Shown here piece after piece: positions 1-10,893 of a DNA stretch of 64,000 nt. A program made the translations under genes and the position numbers. Numbering within the stretch: the stretch's first letter is position 1; every line of letters starts with the position of its first letter. Where the stretch lies: positions 192,001 to 256,000 of the forward strand of contig CAWHXD010000017.1 in the NCBI GenBank assembly GCA_963833225.1, given 5' to 3'. The notes beneath the pieces were generated by a model. That model saw only the letters and a program-made list of their open reading frames with translations, made no database searches and was not told where the DNA came from. Source of the DNA: an uncultured Chloroflexia bacterium. Its GTDB lineage: Bacteria > Chloroflexota > Limnocylindria > Limnocylindrales > CSP1-4.

Positions 1-310
1 CGGTGGATGTCGGCGTGCGGCCGGAGAAGATCCGGCTGCACCAGCGACGGGGAGCCGATGCCGGGTCGACACAACCACCTCAGCGGGGTGGTGCGTCGAC
101 ACGTCCTACATCGGCGTCAGCACCCAGTACATCGTGGAGACCGCGCGGCGGAGCGCCGGGTGATGGTCTACGAGCAGAACATCGAGCGGGCCACGAAGGC
201 CGAGCTGTGGGCTCGCGGCGACGAGGTCCACGGTCAGCCTGGGCACCCCGAGCACACCTTCGTCGTCGGACGAGTCCAGTGGCGCGGTCGCGCCGACCGA
301 CGCCGCGTGA
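1..310 (+). CDS. Polyamine ABC transporter ATP-binding subunit, C-terminal part (runs off window; frameshifted)
   Basis: Fragments GVRPEKIRL / YIGVSTQYIVET / VMVYEQN spread over frames resemble the PotA C-terminal TOBE region; first gene of a potADBC-like run; end coordinate approximate. Confidence 0.65.
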
Positions 311-336
311 AGCGGGGAACGATCGGAGGAGCGGAG

Positions 337-1620
337 GTGGATCGAGACACCCTGACCACGACACCGGTCAGCCGCCGGCAGGTTCTCGCCGGTTCGGCGC
401 GCTTGGCGGGCTGGCGGTGTTCCTGGCCGCGTGCGGCACCAAGGGCACCGCGGCCACCACGGAGCCGACCGCCGCCCCGCCGGCGCCACGCCGGCCCCCT
501 CGCGGCGCCGGGCCGCGGCGCATCGCGCCGACGGAGGCGCCGATCGCCACGCCCCGCCCGCCAGCCGTCTGCCGAGGTCAACTGGGCCAACTGGACCTAC
601 TACATCGACGTCGATGACAACGACGCCAACCTGCATCCCGACGCTCGACGCGTTCACCGCCAAGTACGGCACCGCGGTCAAGTACAGCGAGGTCATCGAC
701 GACAACGAGGCCTTCTTCGGCACGATCCAGCCGGCGCTCCAGGCGGGTCAGACACCGGCTGGGACATCATCACCCTGACCGACTGGATGGCCTCGCGGCT
801 GATCCGCCTGGGCTGGGTCGAGTCGTTCAACCTGGGCAACATGCCCAACTTCATGGCCAACCTGATGGACAACTACAAGGGCGTCGGCTGGGACCCGGAC
901 GGCACCCACCATGCCCCGTGGCAGTCGGGCATGACCGGCATCGGCTTCGACCGGTCAAGGTGACGGGCGACGTCACGAGCCTCGGCGTGCCTCTTCACCG
1001 CCGACCCACGCTGGAAGGGCAAGACCGGGCTACCTGACCGAGATGCGCGACACGATCGGGCTGACCATGCTCTACCTGGGCCTCGATCCCGCCAACCCCA
1101 CGCGCGATGGCTGCGACCAGGCGGTGGCCGCGCTGCAGCAGGCGAAGTCCGACGGCATCATCCGCGCCTTCAAGGGCAACTCCTATGCCGAGGATCTGCG
1201 CAGCAAGGTCGTCGACTCGTCATGGCCTGGTCGGGCGACATGATCCAGGTGCTGGTCGACACGCGAACAGAAAAGCGGGACATCAAGTTCGTCGTCGCCG
1301 ACGAGGGCGGCATGCTCTGGACGGACAACAACATGATCCCCAAGGGCGCGTCAGCACAAGGGCACGGCCGAGCTGCTGATCGACTGGTACTACCATCCCC
1401 GAGAACGCCGCCGCTGGTCGAGGACTACGTCAACTACATCTGCCCGGTCAAGGGCGCCGACGTCGCGCTCCAGGCGATCGATCCGGAGGTCGCCGAGCAA
1501 CCCGCTGATCTTCCCGACCCGACGACGATCCGGCCAAGCTCCACATCTTCGGCGCGCTGAGCGAGGAGGACGAGGCGTACTTCAACCAGCAGTTCGCGAA
1601 GGTGCCCGGCAGTCGGCTGA
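337..1620 (+). CDS. Spermidine/putrescine ABC transporter substrate-binding lipoprotein (PotD/PotF-like), multiple frameshifts
   Basis: GGAG RBS then GTG; twin-Arg signal SRRQVL and lipobox LAAC; motifs NWANWTYYID, WDIITLTDWM, PWQSGMTGI, MRDTIGL, MAWSGD, GGMLWTDN, YVNYICPV in ORF fragments 7-963, 1043-1243, 1222-1560. Confidence 0.85.
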
Positions 1621-1669
1621 GCCCGACCGGCAACCACGCTCCGTAACCTGAGGGAGTCGGTACCGGCCG

Positions 1670-2703
1670 ATGGGTACGTTGCTGAAGCGACACCACTGGA
1701 TCGCGTCCGCTGGCGCTGCTCGCGCCCGGGCATGCTGTGGCTGCTCGTGTTCTACTCTGTACCCTGCGTTCCAGATGTTCTGTCCAGCTTCTGGGCGGGA
1801 TCCCTCGCGAGAAGGGCTTCGAGTTCTCGCTCGACAACTAGATCAACTACCCGAACGCGCTCGACGCGAGTTCGCCCCGTGGTACGGGCGCTCGATCGAT
1901 GTACGGCGGCGCGGCAACGGTGACCACGTTCCTGATCGCCTACCCGCTCGCCTACACGATCGCGTTCAAGGGCGGCCGCTACAAGAACCTGCTGCTGTTC
2001 CTGGTGGTGGCCCCGTTCTTCACCAGCTTCCTGCTGCGGACCATCAGCTGGAAGATCCTGCTGGGCGACGTGGGGCCGATCCTCGGTCCCGCTCAAGTCG
2101 GCCCGGGCTGCTCGACCGAGGACTTCCAGCATCCTGGCCACACCCGATGGCGGTCATCGCCGGCATCACCTACAACTTCCTGCCGTTCATGACCCTGCCG
2201 ATCTACGTCGCGCTCGAGAAGGTGGACATCCGGCTGGTGGAGGCGGCCAAGGACCTGTACGCCGGGCCCGTGGCGACCTGGTGGGGCGATCGCCGGTTCG
2301 GTCGTCGGCGGCGTGCTGACGGCCGTGCTGGGCCTGGCGTTCGACGCCGAGTGGCCCGTGTTCGCCGTCATCGGCGCAGCCGTCGGGGCGCTGATCGGCG
2401 TGGCTGTTCATCTCCGAGTCGTTCGTCCGGGTGACGTTCCCGCTGTCGCTGTCCGGCGTGTTCGCGGGAGGGCTGCTGACGTTCATCCCGGCGATCGGTG
2501 ACTACATCAACGCCGAGCTGCTGGGCAATCCGGACACGAACATGATCGGCAATGTCATCCAGAACAAGTTCCTGACCCAGAACGACTACCCGATCGCGGC
2601 GGCCCTCGTCTTCATGCTGATGGCCGGCGTGCTGATCGTGGTCGCGATCTACGCCCGGATCCTCGGCACCGAGGAGCTGTCCCCAGCCGCGGCGAGGGTC
2701 TGA
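1670..2703 (+). CDS. Polyamine ABC transporter permease (PotB-like), frameshifted
   Basis: Fragments LIAYPLAY...APFFTSFLLRTISW, YNFLPFMTLPIYVALEK...EAAKDLYA (EAA loop), TFPLSLSGVFAGGLLTFIPAIGDY. Confidence 0.85.
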
Positions 2704-3568
2704 TGGCCGACGGCGCACCCGGCTGCTCGTCGCCACCCGGCCTCGGCGGATCGCTGGGCGCGCCGGGTGCTCGGCCGGCTCGTCGACCGCTGGTCGATGA
2801 TCGCGTACACGCTGCTGGCGGTCATCTACCTGATGCTGCCGGTGCGCGTGATCATCCGTTCAGCTTCAACGACCCGGCCGGCCGCAGCAACTTCATCTGG
2901 CAGCGGGTTCACGCTCAAGTACTGGCTGGAACCCGTTCGGGGTCGCCGGCCTGTTCGACGCCGTGGGCTGAGCCTGGTCATCGCGTCGCTGTCCACGGTG
3001 ATCGCGACCGCGCTCGGCACGCTGGTGGCCATCGCGCTGGAGCGCTACCGGTTCCGCGGCGCGCTGGCGGTCAACTCGCTGATCTTCCTGCCCATGGCGA
3101 CGCCCGAGATCATCATGGGCGCCTCGCTGCTGACGCTGTTCGTGTCGATCGGGTCACCGACCCGTTCTTCCCGCTCAACTTCACGACCATCCTGATCGCG
3201 CACGTCATGTTCAACATCAGCTTCGTCGTGGTCACCGTGCGTGCCCGGCTGGCCGGGTTCCCGCGTCACCTCGAGGAGGCGGCGGCGGACCTGTACGCCA
3301 ACGAGTGGCAGACCTTCTGGAAGGTCACCTTCCCGCTGATCCTGCCGGGGATCATGGCGGCCGCCCTGCTCGCGTTCAGCCTGTCGATCGACGACTTCGT
3401 GATCACCAACTTCACGGCCGGCAAGACGCAGACGTTCCCGATGTACATCTACGCCAAGTCCCGCATCGGGATCCCGGTCCAGGTCAACGTCATCGGGACC
3501 GCGATCTTCCTGATCGCCGTCGGGTGGCGTGGTCCTGACCACGCTCGTCCGCCCGCCGCCGCCGCTGA
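2703..3568 (+). CDS. Polyamine ABC transporter permease (PotC-like), frameshifted
   Basis: FSFNDP, LPMATPEIIMG, AHVMFNISFVVVTVRARL...LEEAAADLYA, FSLSIDDFVIT; end coordinate approximate. Confidence 0.85.
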
Positions 3569-3576
3569 GGACCCGC

Positions 3577-4915
3577 ATGACCACCGAGCCCGCCGAGGAC
3601 CCACGACGGCTGATCCGCCAGCTGCCCCCTCCCCGACCGGTCCGTGATCCCGGCGGTATGGGGCCGGATCACCAACCTCGTCGTCGACCACGGCGAAGGC
3701 TCGTGGCTGGTCACTCGCCGACGGGCGAGCGCTACCTCGACTACACCTCGGGCATCGGCGTCACCAACACCGGACACGCCCATCCGCGCGTGGTGGCCGC
3801 GATCCAGGCGCAGGCGGCGAAGCTGCTCCACGGCCAGCAGAACATCGTCTACCACGAGCCCGGCCTGCGGCTGTACGAGCGGCTCGCGCAGCCTGCTCCC
3901 CGGTGGCCCCTGGAGCGCGTTCCTGTCCAACTCCGGCGCCGAAGCCGTCGAGGCGGCCGTGAAGCTCGCCCGCGTCGCCACCGGGCGGCCCGTGATCATC
4001 GGCTTCCGGTACGCGTTCCACGGCCGGATCGGCAACGCGATGGCGCTCACGGCCGCCAAGGATGTCTACCGGGCCGCATTCGAGCCACTTCCCGGGTCGA
4101 TCTACCACACCGCCTACCCGTACTGCTACCGGGCTGCTGGCGGTGCCCACGACCCATCCGCCTGCACCTGCGACTGGCAGGAGCAGCTCGACCTGCTGTT
4201 CCACCAGATGGTCTACCCGGACAAGGTCGCCGCGATCATCGTGGAGCCGGTGATCGGCGAGGGCGGCTACATCGTGCCTCCGCCCGACTTCCTGCCGCGG
4301 CTGCGCGACCTCACCCGGCGGCACGGGATCCTGCTGATCGCCGATGAGGTCCAGACAGGCTTCGGGCGCACGGGCGAGATGTTCGCCGTTCGCCACTGGG
4401 ACGTGGAGCCGGACATCCTGGTCATGGCCAAGGGCATCGCATCCGGGCTGCCCCTGTCCGGGATTCTCGCCCGCACCGAGCTGATGGAGCGGTTCGCTCC
4501 CGGGACGCATGGCGGCACGTATGGCGGAAACGTGGTCTCGTGCGCGGCAGCCCTGGCCACGCTCGACGTCATCGAGTCCGAGGGGCTGGTTGCCAATGCG
4601 CGCGAACGCGGGGCCCAGTTCCTCGCCGGGCTGCGAGTCCTCGCCGCGACGCATCCGTCCATCGGCGACGTGCGCGGCCTGGGCCTGATGCTCGCGATGG
4701 AGTTCATCACGCCCGGCGAGGGCGACGGCCGGGTCCCCGATGCCGCCCTGACCAAGCGCGTCCAGCAGGAGTGCTTCGCGCGCCGGTTGATGGTGCTGAC
4801 CGCCGGGACGTCGGCGAACGTCGTCCGGATCATCCCGCCCCTCGTCACGACCGCGGACGAGGTGGACCTGGCGCTCGGGATCATCGCCGAGGCACTGGAC
4901 GCCGCCGGGGCGTAG
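3577..4915 (+). CDS. Class III PLP aminotransferase, 4-aminobutyrate aminotransferase-like (frameshifts in 5' part)
   Basis: YLDYTSGIGVTNTGHAHP, NSGAEAVEAAVK, DEVQTGFGRTG, MAKGIASG, HGGTYGGN; follows the polyamine transporter. Confidence 0.88.
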
Positions 4916-4979
4916 GCGGCCGAACCGGGGGCCGTCGGGCGCCGTTCGGCGACCGGGCGACCCGACCCCTGCTCCGACC

Positions 4980-5819
4980 TCAGGCCTCCCGCAGCCGGCG
5001 CAGGACCAGCTCGTGGAGCAGCCCGTTGGAGCCCACGAATGACTGAGCGTCGATCCGCCGCTCGCCGGCCACATCGGTGACCTTGCCGCCGGCCTCCTCG
5101 ATCACGACCACGGGTCCGGCGAGGTCCCAGGGCCTCATTCCCGTCTCGAACATCGCCTCGGCGGCGCCTTCCGCCACGAGCGCGTAGCCCCAGAAGTCGC
5201 CAAAGCCCCGCTCGCGCCAGGCGTCGGCGAGCAGGCGGTCGAAGCCGGGCATCAGGCCACTGGCGACGGTGTCGCGGGCCGATCCATACAGGAGCTGCGC
5301 ATCCTCGAGCGCGCCGACGCGGGAGACGCGGATGCGCCGCTCCGTCCCCTCCCCGCCCCGGTTCCACGCCCCACCGCCTCGGTGCGCATACCAGCGCTCG
5401 CGCATGGCGGGTGCGGAGATCACCCCGACCTGGAGCTCGCCGTCATGCTCGACACCGAGGAGGGTCCCGAACAGCGGCACGCCGCGAATGAAGTTATGGG
5501 TGCCGTCGATGGGGTCGATGAACCAGCGGGTGGGAGCGTCACCGTCCTCGGTCCCGTACTCCTCTCCCACCAGACCGTGGTCCGGGTACCGGGCACGGAT
5601 CCGCTCCCGGATCAGCCGCTCGATGCCCTGGTCGGCGACGGTCACGAAGCTGCGGTCGGGCTTGCGCTCGATGTCGAGGTCGCGCCGGAAGTGGCGGAGC
5701 GCGATCTCGTCGGCCGCGTCGCACAGCTCCAGGGCGAAGGCAAGCCACTCCCGGAGGGTGGTTTCCGGGACACGGGCGCGGGAGGCGGACCACTCCGGTC
5801 CGAAGTCGGGCGATGTCAT
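4980..5819 (-). CDS. hisN: Histidinol-phosphatase, inositol monophosphatase family
   Basis: KPDRSFVTVAD, GEEYG, WFIDPIDGTHNF, RGFGDFWGY, WDLAG. Confidence 0.8.
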   Translation of the reverse strand: MTSPDFGPEWSASRARVPETTLREWLAFALELCDAADEIALRHFRRDLDIERKPDRSFVTVADQGIERLIRERIRARYPDHGLVGEEYGTEDGDAPTRWFIDPIDGTHNFIRGVPLFGTLLGVEHDGELQVGVISAPAMRERWYAHRGGGAWNRGGEGTERRIRVSRVGALEDAQLLYGSARDTVASGLMPGFDRLLADAWRERGFGDFWGYALVAEGAAEAMFETGMRPWDLAGPVVVIEEAGGKVTDVAGERRIDAQSFVGSNGLLHELVLRRLREA

Positions 5820-5834
5820 GGCCCCATCATGCCG

Positions 5835-6842
5835 TCAGTGGCAGGCGCCTGTGCCCTCATCGGCGAATCCCGGCGCCGTGGCCACGAACCGGAACGTCCA
5901 GCCGCCATCGCCAAGGGTCAGCTCCAGCACCCCGAACACGCCGGTGGCGCGGACGACGCTGTTGGCGCGGATGTCGCCGAACGCGCGCGGGCCGCCGCCG
6001 CCGGTCCCGACCACGAACTCCGTGATGCCTCGCGCAGGGTCGGGGGCGGCCGAAGGATCCTGGGCATCGAACCGCTCGTAGTCGTGATCGTGGCCGTTGA
6101 GGACGATGTCGGCGCCGCCCGCGTACAGGGCATCCCAGAACGGCGCGCTGGATCCGTCGTTCCCGTGGTCGCCACTGGAGAAGCGCGGCTGGTGCCACAG
6201 GGCCAGCGTGCACGCGGCGTGGCTCGCCGCGAGGTCGTCCCGAAGCCACCGGAGCTGCGGGGAGTCCGGGCCGCAGCCCCCGGCGACCACGTGGCAATCC
6301 GCATCGAGGACCACGACGTGCCACGAGCCCAGCTCGTCCGAGAAGTACGTCCGGCCATCCCGCGAGGCGGCGCGGCCCAGGTAGTCGCGGAGCGGGGCGC
6401 CGGCGTCGGTGAGATCGTCATGGTTGCCGGTGATGGCATACCGGATGCGGTCCGTCACGCCCGCCCAGGCCGCCCCGAAGCAGTTCCGGAGCTCGTCCGG
6501 GGTGCCGCTGTCGTACGCGGTATCGCCAAGGGTCGCCACGGCGCCGGGGAGCGTCGCGATGAGAGCGCCAACGGCGTCGTCATCCGTCGAGTCGCAGCGT
6601 CCGATGTCGCCCACCGCCAGCAGGACCGGGTCGCCGGCAGCCATGGATGGCTCGGGCGGCGTGGGGGTCGATGTCGGGGCGGCCGCGGAGGGCACCGTGG
6701 CGCTCGAGGCGGGAGCGGCGACGGTGGCCACGGGCGCCATGGTCGCGCCCGTCCCCGCCGGGCCTCCGCACGCGGCGAGGGCGAGGCAGCCGCTCAGCAG
6801 CGCGGCCAGGCGCCGAGAACGGTGGGCGCGTTGGCGGCTCAT
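5835..6842 (-). CDS. Secreted/lipoprotein metallophosphoesterase (calcineurin-like)
   Basis: Lipobox LAAC; GDIG, LGDTAY, GNHD, WHQPRFSSG, GHDHDYERF; TACGAT 6 nt before ATG. Confidence 0.85.
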   Translation of the reverse strand: MSRQRAHRSRRLAALLSGCLALAACGGPAGTGATMAPVATVAAPASSATVPSAAAPTSTPTPPEPSMAAGDPVLLAVGDIGRCDSTDDDAVGALIATLPGAVATLGDTAYDSGTPDELRNCFGAAWAGVTDRIRYAITGNHDDLTDAGAPLRDYLGRAASRDGRTYFSDELGSWHVVVLDADCHVVAGGCGPDSPQLRWLRDDLAASHAACTLALWHQPRFSSGDHGNDGSSAPFWDALYAGGADIVLNGHDHDYERFDAQDPSAAPDPARGITEFVVGTGGGGPRAFGDIRANSVVRATGVFGVLELTLGDGGWTFRFVATAPGFADEGTGACH

Positions 6843-6893
6843 CGGCCCATCGTACGGCGGATCAGGCCGGCGACCCATCGGGCCACCAGCCGA

Positions 6894-7484
6894 TCAGGCC
6901 AGCGGTTCGAATGCCGCCGGGTAGCGGACCGTGCCACGCATGTCGTCGGTCCACGCCGGGAGCAGCCGCGCCATCCATGCCTCGTCCGGCCACGCCGCCG
7001 CCGGGGGCTGCAGGCCGACGTCACGGGCGCTCGAGAACCCGAACCGCGGGTAGTACGTCGGGTGTCCCAGCAGCACGAGCGCGGGCACTCCTCGAGCGAT
7101 CGCAAGGCTCATCGCCGCACCCATCAGGGAAGCCCCGATGCCCTGGAACTGGAGCTCGGGCAGCACCGCCACCGGTCCGATCGCGAGCACGGTATTGACG
7201 AGGACGCCGTCGTCATCCTCGACGCGGCACGGCGAGAGCAGCAGGTGGCCCACGATGACGTCATCGGCGGACGTCCCGGGCGCGCCCACCGCCACCACGG
7301 AGTGCCAGCCCTCCGGCGCCTCGCGCCGGATCAGGTCGACGATGTCCGCCTCCTCGGGCCCCGTGAAGGCGGCGAGGTTGACGCGACGGACCCCCGGCTC
7401 GTCACCGGGGGTCTCGAGGCGGATGCGGACCGGGAAGGGTTCCGGGCCCGGGGTCGCGAACGGCGTGCCGGGGTCGGAGGCCAC
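6894..7484 (-). CDS. GNAT N-acetyltransferase (YhbS-like)
   Basis: IGPVAVLPELQFQGIGASL, LLGHPTYYPRFGF. Confidence 0.85.
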   Translation of the reverse strand: MASDPGTPFATPGPEPFPVRIRLETPGDEPGVRRVNLAAFTGPEEADIVDLIRREAPEGWHSVVAVGAPGTSADDVIVGHLLLSPCRVEDDDGVLVNTVLAIGPVAVLPELQFQGIGASLMGAAMSLAIARGVPALVLLGHPTYYPRFGFSSARDVGLQPPAAAWPDEAWMARLLPAWTDDMRGTVRYPAAFEPLA

Positions 7485-7488
7485 CGGA

Positions 7489-8889
7489 TCAGCCAGCCGC
7501 GGCCTTGAGCGCCTCGGGGATCGGGCGGGAGACGGCGACCGGCTTCACGTACCGGCTGACCATCTCCAGCGAGCCGTTGACCCGCAGCTGGGTGAACAGG
7601 TACGCGACCTTGGCGCCCTGGCTGGCGAGGATCTCGTCCTTGGTGGCGAGGTCCCACAGCTGCCGCTTGAACGGGCCGATGGCCTTCTTGCGGGTGGTGT
7701 ACAGGAACTGCTCCTCGGTCTGGCCGGCCTTGCGCTCGCCGGCGGCGTTCTCGCGGCACCACGACTCGATCTCGGCCGTGAGCGCGGCCGGGAACGCCGG
7801 GTGGTCGTACAGCGCGTTCTGGAACCCCGTCGCGAGGTGGATCTCGGCGGTCTCGACCTCCGGGAACCGGTGGAACAGCTCGTCGGGGAGCGTGGAGGCT
7901 CCGTGCTGGACCGCGCCGGCAAGGCCGCGAGAGCGGGCATGCTCGCCCAGCCTGGCAAGCACGTCGAAGTCCAACTTGACCTCGGCCACGCCACCACCGG
8001 GGAGCGGCACCCCACCGTGGCTGGTGCCGGTCTGAACCGAGACCTTGGACACGCCCTTGGCGCCGGGGGCCAGCTTGCCGAGCACCGCGTCGTACCCGTC
8101 AAGGTACGCCTTGAGCTCCTCGACGCTGGAGTTGGCCTTGCCCACCTCGCCGATCTCACCACCAACGCTGATGGTCACGCCATCGGTCTCGAGCGAGCGG
8201 ATCAGCGCGGTGAGCTCGGCTGCCCGCGTGTAGTTCTCCCGCTGCTCGAGGTCCAGGTTCGGCTGGGAGAGGTCCACGAGGGTGGAGCTGTCGATGTCGA
8301 TGTTGCGGTATCCGGCCTCGACGGCCAGGCGGCAGGCGCGCCGGATCTCCTCGGTCATGGCCTCGGGATCCGCCGCGTACTTCTTGGCGTTGAACTGGTA
8401 GTGGTCACCCTGGAGGAAGACCGGTCCGCTCCAGCCGGCGGCGATGGCGCCCGCGAACGCCGAGGTCGCGAAGTCCATCGGTCGCTGGAAGGTATAGGTC
8501 TGCTCGGAGCGGGCAATCTCGAGCAGGAGCGCCCCGACATCTGCCTTCCTGGCGGTTTCGAAGATCGTGCGCGCCATGTCAAAGGTCTGCGCCCGCAGGT
8601 TGATCGCGGGGACCGTGAAGCCGGAGACGTCGCCCCGGCCGCGGGCCATGTACAGGTCCTGGATGGACGCCGACTGGACGCCCAGGGCCTGGCTGGCCTC
8701 CCAGACGATCCAGCGGGCGGCCTCGGCGGTGGCGTCGTCCGCGGTGAACGCGGCGGTCCAGGCCAGGTCGGCGGCCGCCTCGCTCCGGAGGCGCGTGGCA
8801 TCATCGACGACGAGCTTGTCCTCGGCCACGTGCGCGATCCCGGACAGGTGCGCGAGCAGGTCGGCGGGTGAGGTTGCGACGTAGGGCAT
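7489..8889 (-). CDS. Class II fructose-bisphosphate aldolase family protein (long form)
   Basis: VPAINLR, QGDHYQ, GGEIGEVG, VQTGTSHGG, VQHGASTLP, HLATGFQ metal-binding motifs; RBS GGAG. Confidence 0.8.
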   Translation of the reverse strand: MPYVATSPADLLAHLSGIAHVAEDKLVVDDATRLRSEAAADLAWTAAFTADDATAEAARWIVWEASQALGVQSASIQDLYMARGRGDVSGFTVPAINLRAQTFDMARTIFETARKADVGALLLEIARSEQTYTFQRPMDFATSAFAGAIAAGWSGPVFLQGDHYQFNAKKYAADPEAMTEEIRRACRLAVEAGYRNIDIDSSTLVDLSQPNLDLEQRENYTRAAELTALIRSLETDGVTISVGGEIGEVGKANSSVEELKAYLDGYDAVLGKLAPGAKGVSKVSVQTGTSHGGVPLPGGGVAEVKLDFDVLARLGEHARSRGLAGAVQHGASTLPDELFHRFPEVETAEIHLATGFQNALYDHPAFPAALTAEIESWCRENAAGERKAGQTEEQFLYTTRKKAIGPFKRQLWDLATKDEILASQGAKVAYLFTQLRVNGSLEMVSRYVKPVAVSRPIPEALKAAAG

Positions 8890-9057
8890 CGGGATCTGGC
8901 TCTCCTGTGGCGTGTCCCGTCGATGGTACCGGCGGGCGCGTGCGAGGGACGTGGCGTCCGTTGCCGACGGGCGGCGACCCGACCAGCATGGACGGCCGCA
9001 GAGTTGATGCAGAGGGCGAAACGGCGTGCGTCGCGCGGGCGGGTCCCCCGTCCCTGC

Positions 9058-9114
9058 GGGTCCAGTGGACCTGGTTCAGGGGCCACCTGGACGGCCCGGC
9101 GCGCGGGTCCAGTG
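9058..9114. repeat. REP-like palindromic element, family B copy 1
   Basis: GGGTCCAGTG at 9058 and 9105; GGCCACCTGGACG at 9081 (GTCCAG/CTGGAC dyad); same pattern at 35291-35322. Confidence 0.45.
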
Positions 9115-9159
9115 CGTGGCGCGTGGCAAACCGGGGCGCGCGGCTGGCGCCCCCACCGG

Positions 9160-9636
9160 TCACCTTGGAACGGCTACCACCATCAGGAACGTGATCACCA
9201 CCACCAGCACCGAGAGCGTGATCCCCGTCAGGCGGATCCGGCGCGCGGTGGCCAGCAGCTCCGGGGACGGCGGCTGGCCTGGAGCCGGAGGCTGCGACGT
9301 GAGCGCAACCAGCTTCCGGCTCGCTGGAGCCATGACGGCCATCGACAGCACGACTGCGACGACGTACAGCAGGATGCCCACCTCGAGCCAATGCCCGGTG
9401 GTGCCGAGGTTCGTCCATCCACGAACCAGGATCATTCCGATGCCCGTGACCGCCATGGAGATCGAAACGGGTGTGATCACGGCACGCGCCGCCAGGGCCT
9501 GGCTGCGCGCGTAGAAGTTGGCGTGCTGCGGCTCCTTGGCGACCATCGGCCCCACGACCATGGACACGAAACCCGGCCCGAACGCGACGATCGCCCCGAG
9601 CACGTGCAGGAACAACAGGATGACAAACAGGTCCAA
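9160..9636 (-). CDS. DUF2269-like membrane protein
   Basis: LFLHVLGAIVAFGP start, four hydrophobic segments, C-terminal FLMV. Confidence 0.7.
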   Translation of the reverse strand: MDLFVILLFLHVLGAIVAFGPGFVSMVVGPMVAKEPQHANFYARSQALAARAVITPVSISMAVTGIGMILVRGWTNLGTTGHWLEVGILLYVVAVVLSMAVMAPASRKLVALTSQPPAPGQPPSPELLATARRIRLTGITLSVLVVVITFLMVVAVPR

Positions 9637-9734
9637 CTCGGGTCCCTCTCTTCAGGCAGTTGCGCCTCCCCAGCGCCTGCGGCCGATGCTAGCAGGACGA
9701 CTGGTGTCCGGTGAACCCCTTCGCCCGGGCGGTC

Positions 9735-10493
9735 TCAACCGCGGGATGCCTGTTCCGCGAACGCGGCGGCACGTCGAGCCTGCTCGCGCTCGAACGCCAC
9801 CGGCGCCACTCCAAGGCGGCCCGCCAGGTCAGGAACGACGCCCCAGGCAAAGTGGTCCCACGCGGACGTCCGGGGGTTCCACGTTGCCAGCACGGCCGGG
9901 GGCAGGCGCTGGACGTGACCGTGCGTGTCCACGGCGACGGGTCGAACGTAGTGGGCGGCCTCCACGCGAGCGGCGCCCGTCACCCCCGTCACGGCCAGGA
10001 CGACGCCCACGCGCGATCGCTCGTCCTGGTCTGCGCCGACCGATGGATCGTGCAGTGCATTGAGGACGTCGTCGAGCCCGTCGCCGTCCATCGTCGCGAG
10101 CAGGCCGAAGCCGAGGGCGAGCGCCCGGACCACGATCCGGGCTCGTTCACCGGTCACGCCGTCCGGATGGGCCAGCCCACGAACCAACAGGACCCCGTCC
10201 GACGACGACAGGCAGAGGTCAGCCGGCACGCTCCCCGCCCGATCCCGCCGCCACCCGAGCTCCGTCGCCTCGGGCAGCCAGGCGAAGTCGTCGTCCGCCG
10301 CGACCTTCCCGCTCCGCGCGTCGGGCGCGAGGAGCCCGGCCAGGGTGTCGATCACGCGTTCGTTCGCCCTCGACGAGCGGCCAACGGCCACCAGCGGAAC
10401 CCGGGCCTCGAGGAGGACCGAGAGCAAGGCCAGGAGCTCCGTGTCCAGGACACCGTCACGGAGCAGGGCAACGGGTCCGTGGGGGTCACGCAT
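9735..10493 (-). CDS. Hypothetical protein, degenerate secretion-ATPase (VirB11/CpaF)-like
   Basis: LLRDGVLDTELLALLSVLLEARVPLVAVG and ALALGFGLLATMDGDGLDDV resemble ATPase segments but no GxxxxGK; TATCGT 6 nt before ATG. Confidence 0.5.
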   Translation of the reverse strand: MRDPHGPVALLRDGVLDTELLALLSVLLEARVPLVAVGRSSRANERVIDTLAGLLAPDARSGKVAADDDFAWLPEATELGWRRDRAGSVPADLCLSSSDGVLLVRGLAHPDGVTGERARIVVRALALGFGLLATMDGDGLDDVLNALHDPSVGADQDERSRVGVVLAVTGVTGAARVEAAHYVRPVAVDTHGHVQRLPPAVLATWNPRTSAWDHFAWGVVPDLAGRLGVAPVAFEREQARRAAAFAEQASRG

Positions 10494-10529
10494 CGTGTCA
10501 CGATAGGGCACCCACAAGGAGCGAGCCCC

Positions 10530-10877
10530 ATGAGCATCACCCGTATCGATCCCGGTCACCGATTCTGCGAGGCGGTGGTCCACGGCGACACCATCTACCT
10601 CGCGGGTCACGTTGGCTCGGACCCCTCCGACGGCGTGTACGAACAGACCCGGGACATCCTCGCCCAGATCGACGCCCACCTCGCGGCCGCGGGCTCCGAC
10701 CGCTCGAGGCTGCTGATGGTCAACGTGTGGCTGCCCGACATCGCGACGTTCGACGAGATGAACCGCGCCTGGGACGAGTGGGTCGACCGCGACCACATGC
10801 CGGCGCGGGCAACCGTCGAGGCGCGCCTCGCGTCGCCCGCCTACAAGGTGGAGATCGCCGGGATCGCCGCCGGCTGA
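10530..10877 (+). CDS. RidA/YjgF/UK114 family protein (YoaB-like)
   Basis: AAGGAG RBS; IYLAGHV, FDEMNRAWDEW, PARATVEARLASPAYKVEI. Confidence 0.9.
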   Translation: MSITRIDPGHRFCEAVVHGDTIYLAGHVGSDPSDGVYEQTRDILAQIDAHLAAAGSDRSRLLMVNVWLPDIATFDEMNRAWDEWVDRDHMPARATVEARLASPAYKVEIAGIAAG

Positions 10878-10893
10878 CCCAGCGGCTGGGCGG

